Source: a virus. Taken from it: DNA of 64,000 nucleotides. Position numbers and translations under genes: made by a program. Under the pieces are notes generated by a model. The model searched no databases. It was not told where the DNA came from and was given only the letters and a program-made list of their open reading frames with translations. Of the stretch, positions 59,877 through 64,000 are shown piece after piece (within the stretch, counting starts at the first letter, position 1; every line of letters begins with the position of its first letter). The stretch is from positions 1 to 64,000 of the IMG/VR virus record IMGVR_UViG_3300047157_000105; one strand, written 5' to 3'.

Positions 59877-60329
59877 TCAAACTTAGCATTTAACTTCCCG
59901 AGAGATACATTCTTGGGTTTTGATCAACTCTTCAACACATTACAAAATACTAATCTAGAAACCGTTCGCGGTGCTGGATATCCCCCGTATAATGTAATCA
60001 AAAGAGATGACGGTCATTTTCTAATTGAGATCGCTGTTGCGGGATTTAAAAAGGAAGACATTGACCTAACACTTGAGAAAGGTGTTTTAACTATCGCTGG
60101 TAAGAAAGCTACTGGTACAGATGTACGAGAGTATGCTCACCGCGGTATTTCTCAAAGGGCGTTTGAACGTTCATTTACTTTAGCCGACACACTTAAAGTT
60201 GTTGGTGCCGATATTGTAGATGGCATGCTTGTTGTTATTTTGGAGAACAATATTCCAGAAGAAGATAAGCCTCAAACAATCAATTTAGGTGACCTGCCGA
60301 AATCAGCGAAGAAGCTGTTACTAGGCTAA
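59874..60329 (+). CDS. hsp20: small heat shock protein (IbpA-like)
   Basis: GFD, YPPYN, IEIAVAGF, HRGIS.RAFERSFTLA, DGML. Confidence 0.95.
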   Translation: MSNLAFNFPRDTFLGFDQLFNTLQNTNLETVRGAGYPPYNVIKRDDGHFLIEIAVAGFKKEDIDLTLEKGVLTIAGKKATGTDVREYAHRGISQRAFERSFTLADTLKVVGADIVDGMLVVILENNIPEEDKPQTINLGDLPKSAKKLLLG

Positions 60330-60343
60330 ATACTAAGGAGCAC

Positions 60344-60733
60344 ATGGCATATTCAGACAAAGTTTTAGATCATTACGAAAACCCACGCAATGTGGGAACG
60401 ATGGATCAACATGATCCTAATGTAGGTACTGGTATGGTAGGTGCTCCTGCTTGTGGCGATGTTATGAGACTACAAATAAAAGTAGAAGATAACATGGTTA
60501 CAGATGCAAAATTTAAAACATATGGGTGTGGATCAGCAATTGCTTCAAGCTCATTATTAACCGAGTGGGTAAAAGGTAGAACGGTAGAAGAAGTTCAAGC
60601 AATTAAAAATACTGAAATTGTTGAAGAGCTTCAGCTTCCACCAGTCAAGATACACTGTAGCGTATTAGCAGAAGATGCAATCAAGTGCGCAATCAAAGAT
60701 TATATGAATAAACAACCAAGGAATCACAGATGA
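60344..60733 (+). CDS. iscU: Fe-S cluster scaffold
   Basis: YSDKVLDHYENPRNVG, GAPACGDVM, FKTYGCGSAIASSS, LPPVKIHCSVLAEDAI. Confidence 0.96.
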   Translation: MAYSDKVLDHYENPRNVGTMDQHDPNVGTGMVGAPACGDVMRLQIKVEDNMVTDAKFKTYGCGSAIASSSLLTEWVKGRTVEEVQAIKNTEIVEELQLPPVKIHCSVLAEDAIKCAIKDYMNKQPRNHR

Positions 60734-61011
60734 ATGAAATTAGATTAGTTCGACTCACGTCGGGTGAAGAGTTATTATGTAAAAAGACAAACGAATCAGG
60801 TTTAACAATAACAGTAACAGATGTTGTTGCTTTAATTCCTACAGAGGAAAGATTAGGATTTATGCCTTATTTACCATACGCTGAAATAGAACAGCTAGTA
60901 ATCAAAAAAGATCACATCATGTTTGATCTTAAACCAACACAAGAGTTAGAAGCTCAGCATGTTTTAATGCACCAAGACACTAACATAGTTACTCCGGAGA
61001 AACCAGATTGA
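60730..61011 (+). CDS. Sm-like conserved phage protein
   Basis: LVRLTSGEEL ... FMPYLPY. Confidence 0.65.
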   Translation: MNEIRLVRLTSGEELLCKKTNESGLTITVTDVVALIPTEERLGFMPYLPYAEIEQLVIKKDHIMFDLKPTQELEAQHVLMHQDTNIVTPEKPD

Positions 61012-61037
61012 ACATTATAATAATTGTATAAGCAAGT

Positions 61038-61067
61038 ATGTACATTTAGTTTGATTCGTGTTATAAT
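61038..61067 (+). promoter_or_regulatory. early/middle-type promoter
   Basis: ATGTAC-N18-TATAAT. Confidence 0.75.
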
Positions 61068-61073
61068 ACACCC

Positions 61074-63586
61074 ATGAATCAAAACTTTTATACGTCAGCC
61101 TTTCGGCATGGAAAGGTCATTAAATATTTGGGCTATGAGAATGGTGAGAAAGTAAAGTTCACTGTTCCGTATCGCCCGACTCTATTTGTCACAAGCAAAC
61201 AAAACAATGCACATGATTGGCATTCCCTAGATGGTAAACCAGTAGAACCTATTCAGTTCGGTTCTATGGGAGAAGCCACTGACTTTATTAAGTCTTATGC
61301 AGATGTTCCTGGCTTTGATGTCTATGGCAATACCAACTATGTTGTTCAGTATCTTAATGAAGAGTTCCCTGGTGTAATCAAATGGGATCGTAACACAATC
61401 AATGTTACCTCTATCGATATCGAAACAAAGTTCGGTGATGGTTTCCCTGAGCCTAAAGATGCTGACCAGGAAGTGACAGCAATCACAATGAAGAATAACA
61501 TCGATGATACCTATTACACATTTGGTTGTGGTGAGTATGATGTAGAGAATTCTCTTATGCAAACACATTCGGTCGTTTATGTCAAGTGTGCTGACGAGAG
61601 AGAACTCTTACACAAATTTGTTTATCATTGGTCTAAGACTTCCCCTGATATTGTTACAGGTTGGAACTGTGAGTTCTTTGATATACCATATCTAGTAAAC
61701 CGTATTAGACGCATCTTTGATAATGGTCGTGAGAAGTTCCTATCTCCATGGCGAATGATTGATGAGCGTGAGACACATACTGGTTATGGTCAATCCACAC
61801 TTAAATACGAAATCAAAGGTGTAGCCATCTTAGATTACATGGCAATATTCAAGAAGTTCGGTTATTCGTATGGTCCACAAGAATCATATAAGTTAGATCA
61901 TATTGCAAATATTGTTCTCGGTGAGAAGAAGCTTGACTTCGGTGAAGCATCTGACCTTAATGAATTGCATGCAAATGACTATCAAAAGTTTATTGACTAT
62001 AACATCAAAGACGTAGAACTCATCGACCGTATGGAAGACAAGCTCGGTCTTATTAGTCTATGTCTTACCATGGCTTATAAAGGTGGTGTAAACTATGAGC
62101 AAGTGCTTGGCACTGTGGCTATATGGGATTCACTGATCTATCGTGACTTACATGCTAAGCGTATAGCTGTACCACAAAACGAAGAGTCATTTAAAGGTGC
62201 ATATCCTGGCGGTTATGTAAAAGAACCACATGTTGGTATGCATGATTGGGTATGTTCATTTGACTTAGCTTCTCTATATCCGTCAATCATTATGCAATAC
62301 AATATGTCTCCAGAGACTATCCTACTTGATGATGAGCCTGGTGTGAATGTAGAATCAGTCTTAGCTGGTCATATAAAGAATAATACACCAAACACGGCAT
62401 TAGCTGTAAACGGTGTTCGTTTCGATACAAAGAAGCTCGGTATTATTCCAGCCATTATCCAAGAGATCTATAATGATCGTCAAACATTTAAACAAGCACA
62501 ACTCAAAGCTGAGCAAGAGCTCGAGCTATGTGGTGTAAAGTCAGAGGTCTATGCCTTAGAGAAACGTATTGCTATTGCCAAGAACCAACAAATGGCATTA
62601 AAGATCCTACTCAACTCTTTGTATGGTGCAATGGGTAATAAGTGGTTTAGATATTTCGACATGCGTATTGCCGAAGGTATCACACTTACTGGTCAAGCAA
62701 CCATTCGTTGGGCAGAGAATAACTTGAATGATTACCTTAACAAAACCTTACAAACTAAAAAAGATTATGTAGTTGCTATTGATACCGACTCTGTCTATGT
62801 TTGTCTTGACGAGTTTGTTAAACGTCTTGGTCCAGCCAAGCCGGTAGACTTCCTTGACCAAGTATGTTCAGGTGCATTAGAAGGTGCACTCACTGAATGC
62901 TATGATCGTTTATTTAAAACACTAGGCGGTATAGAAAACAAAATGGTTATGGAACGTGAGGTAATTGCTGATCGTGGCATATGGACTGCCAAGAAGAGAT
63001 ACATACTCAATGTGCATGACAATGAAGGTGTTCGTTATGCTCAACCTAAATTAAAGATTATGGGTATCGAGGCAATCAAATCATCTACACCAGCTATATG
63101 TAGACAAGCCCTCAAAGATATCTTTCGCAGGATCATTGAGACTGATCAGGCAACCGTACAATCAGACATAGCAAACTTTAAAGCAGCATTTAAACAAGCG
63201 TCTGCCGAAGAGGTAAGCTTTCCTCGTGGTGTAAACAATCTAAATAAATGGACCGATAGGGAAAACATTTACAAGAAGGGAACACCTATTCATATTCGTG
63301 GTGCAATACTACACAATAATCTTATTACAAAACAAAATTAGGTAGAAGTATTCAGAAGATAACTAGTGGTGACAAGGTCAAGTTTACATATCTTGTCAAG
63401 CCGAATCCAATCAAAGAGAATGTGATTGCATTTGTAGATTATCTCCCACGTCAATTTAAACTTGAGAAATATATAGATTATAACCTACAGTTCGAGAAGA
63501 CATTCTTGGGTGCAATCGAACCGGTATTAGAAGCAGTTGGATGGACCAGTGAGCATGAAGTATCATTGGAAGATTTTTTTGTTTAA
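61074..63586 (+). CDS. gp43: family B DNA polymerase (one missing A near 63335)
   Basis: DIET, GWN..FFD, SFDLASLYPSII, KILLNSLYG, DTDS, KKRY; C-terminus (SGDKVKF.YL..PNP...SLEDFF) continues in a shifted frame to 63586. Confidence 0.96.
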
Positions 63587-63589
63587 GGT

Positions 63590-63618
63590 ATGTACTTTGA
63601 ACAAAAGTGTGATACAAT
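63590..63618 (+). promoter_or_regulatory. early/middle-type promoter
   Basis: ATGTAC-N17-TACAAT. Confidence 0.65.
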
Positions 63619-63666
63619 ATAACATATGAGTAAATTAGACTACGTAATATTAAAACTCGGAGACTT

Positions 63667-64000
63667 ATGTCAGCAGATTGGGTAAACGATATTAATCGTA
63701 TGCATAACAAATATGGTGTACGTGATTGGATAAATCATGCCACACCATTTCAATTAAAGAAGTTCTTAGAATTTCGTTTAGACTTTATCAAAGAAGAGTA
63801 TGATGAAACACGTGAAGCATTAATTATGGAAGATAGTGAAGAGATCGTAGATGGTCTTATCGACTTATGTGTTGTAGCTATCGGTACATTAGATGCTATG
63901 GGTATTAATGCTCATAAAGCATGGGATGAAGTATATCAAGCAAACATGGCAAAAGAAGTTGGTGTAAAAGAATCACGTCCAAATCCATTAGGTTTACCAG
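63667..64000 (+). CDS. MazG-like NTP pyrophosphohydrolase (partial, runs off window)
   Basis: GGAG RBS; FRL.FIKEEYDE...EIVDGLIDL.VV..G...WDEV..ANM.K. Confidence 0.8.
   Translation, partial: MSADWVNDINRMHNKYGVRDWINHATPFQLKKFLEFRLDFIKEEYDETREALIMEDSEEIVDGLIDLCVVAIGTLDAMGINAHKAWDEVYQANMAKEVGVKESRPNPLGLP

Noticed and set aside
63341-63586. Split DNA polymerase or intron/intein in gp43
   Set aside because: The C-terminus continues immediately in a shifted frame with no inserted sequence and no separate start.
63626-63685. 19-codon ORF at the +1 of the last promoter
   Set aside because: Too short to support; could be a leader peptide or an indel-separated N-terminus of the MazG-like gene.

Overview
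The window is a 64 kb segment of a T4-like myophage genome, of the marine cyanophage/pelagimyophage type. It runs: tail-fibre and adhesin genes (1-7.5 kb); an AT-rich accessory modification cluster with three GT-like genes, a methyltransferase, two 2OG-Fe(II) oxygenases, a GNAT, a class IV aminotransferase, GuaC and a mini adenylation enzyme (7.5-14.8 kb); and a minus-strand curli/type VIII secretion-like operon with csgF, csgG and two curlin-repeat genes, joined to a FecR protein and a CHASE2 class III adenylate cyclase (16.2-23.0 kb). Next come ferredoxin, lipase and probable internal head proteins, then the canonical gp13-gp23 neck/terminase/tail/head block with gp3, uvsY and uvsW. A radical-SAM insert follows, then gp55, nucleotide-sugar genes, gp47/46, a CobS-like AAA/vWA pair, gp45/44/62, regA, hsp20, iscU, gp43 and a MazG-like gene. 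Non-coding signals seen directly: many TATAAATA late promoters (two drive the curli-cyclase module); 11 copies of a (A/T)TGTAC-N17/18-TATAAT early-type promoter, one antisense into uvsW; a ROSE-like thermometer over the hsp20 RBS; a 90-nt structured RNA candidate; and a 36-bp exact direct repeat. Several genes, including essential terL and gp43, carry indels that are most likely sequencing errors. The IscU, YfhL and IbpA types suggest a gamma/beta-proteobacterial host (inference). All protein assignments come from motif recognition, not database searches.
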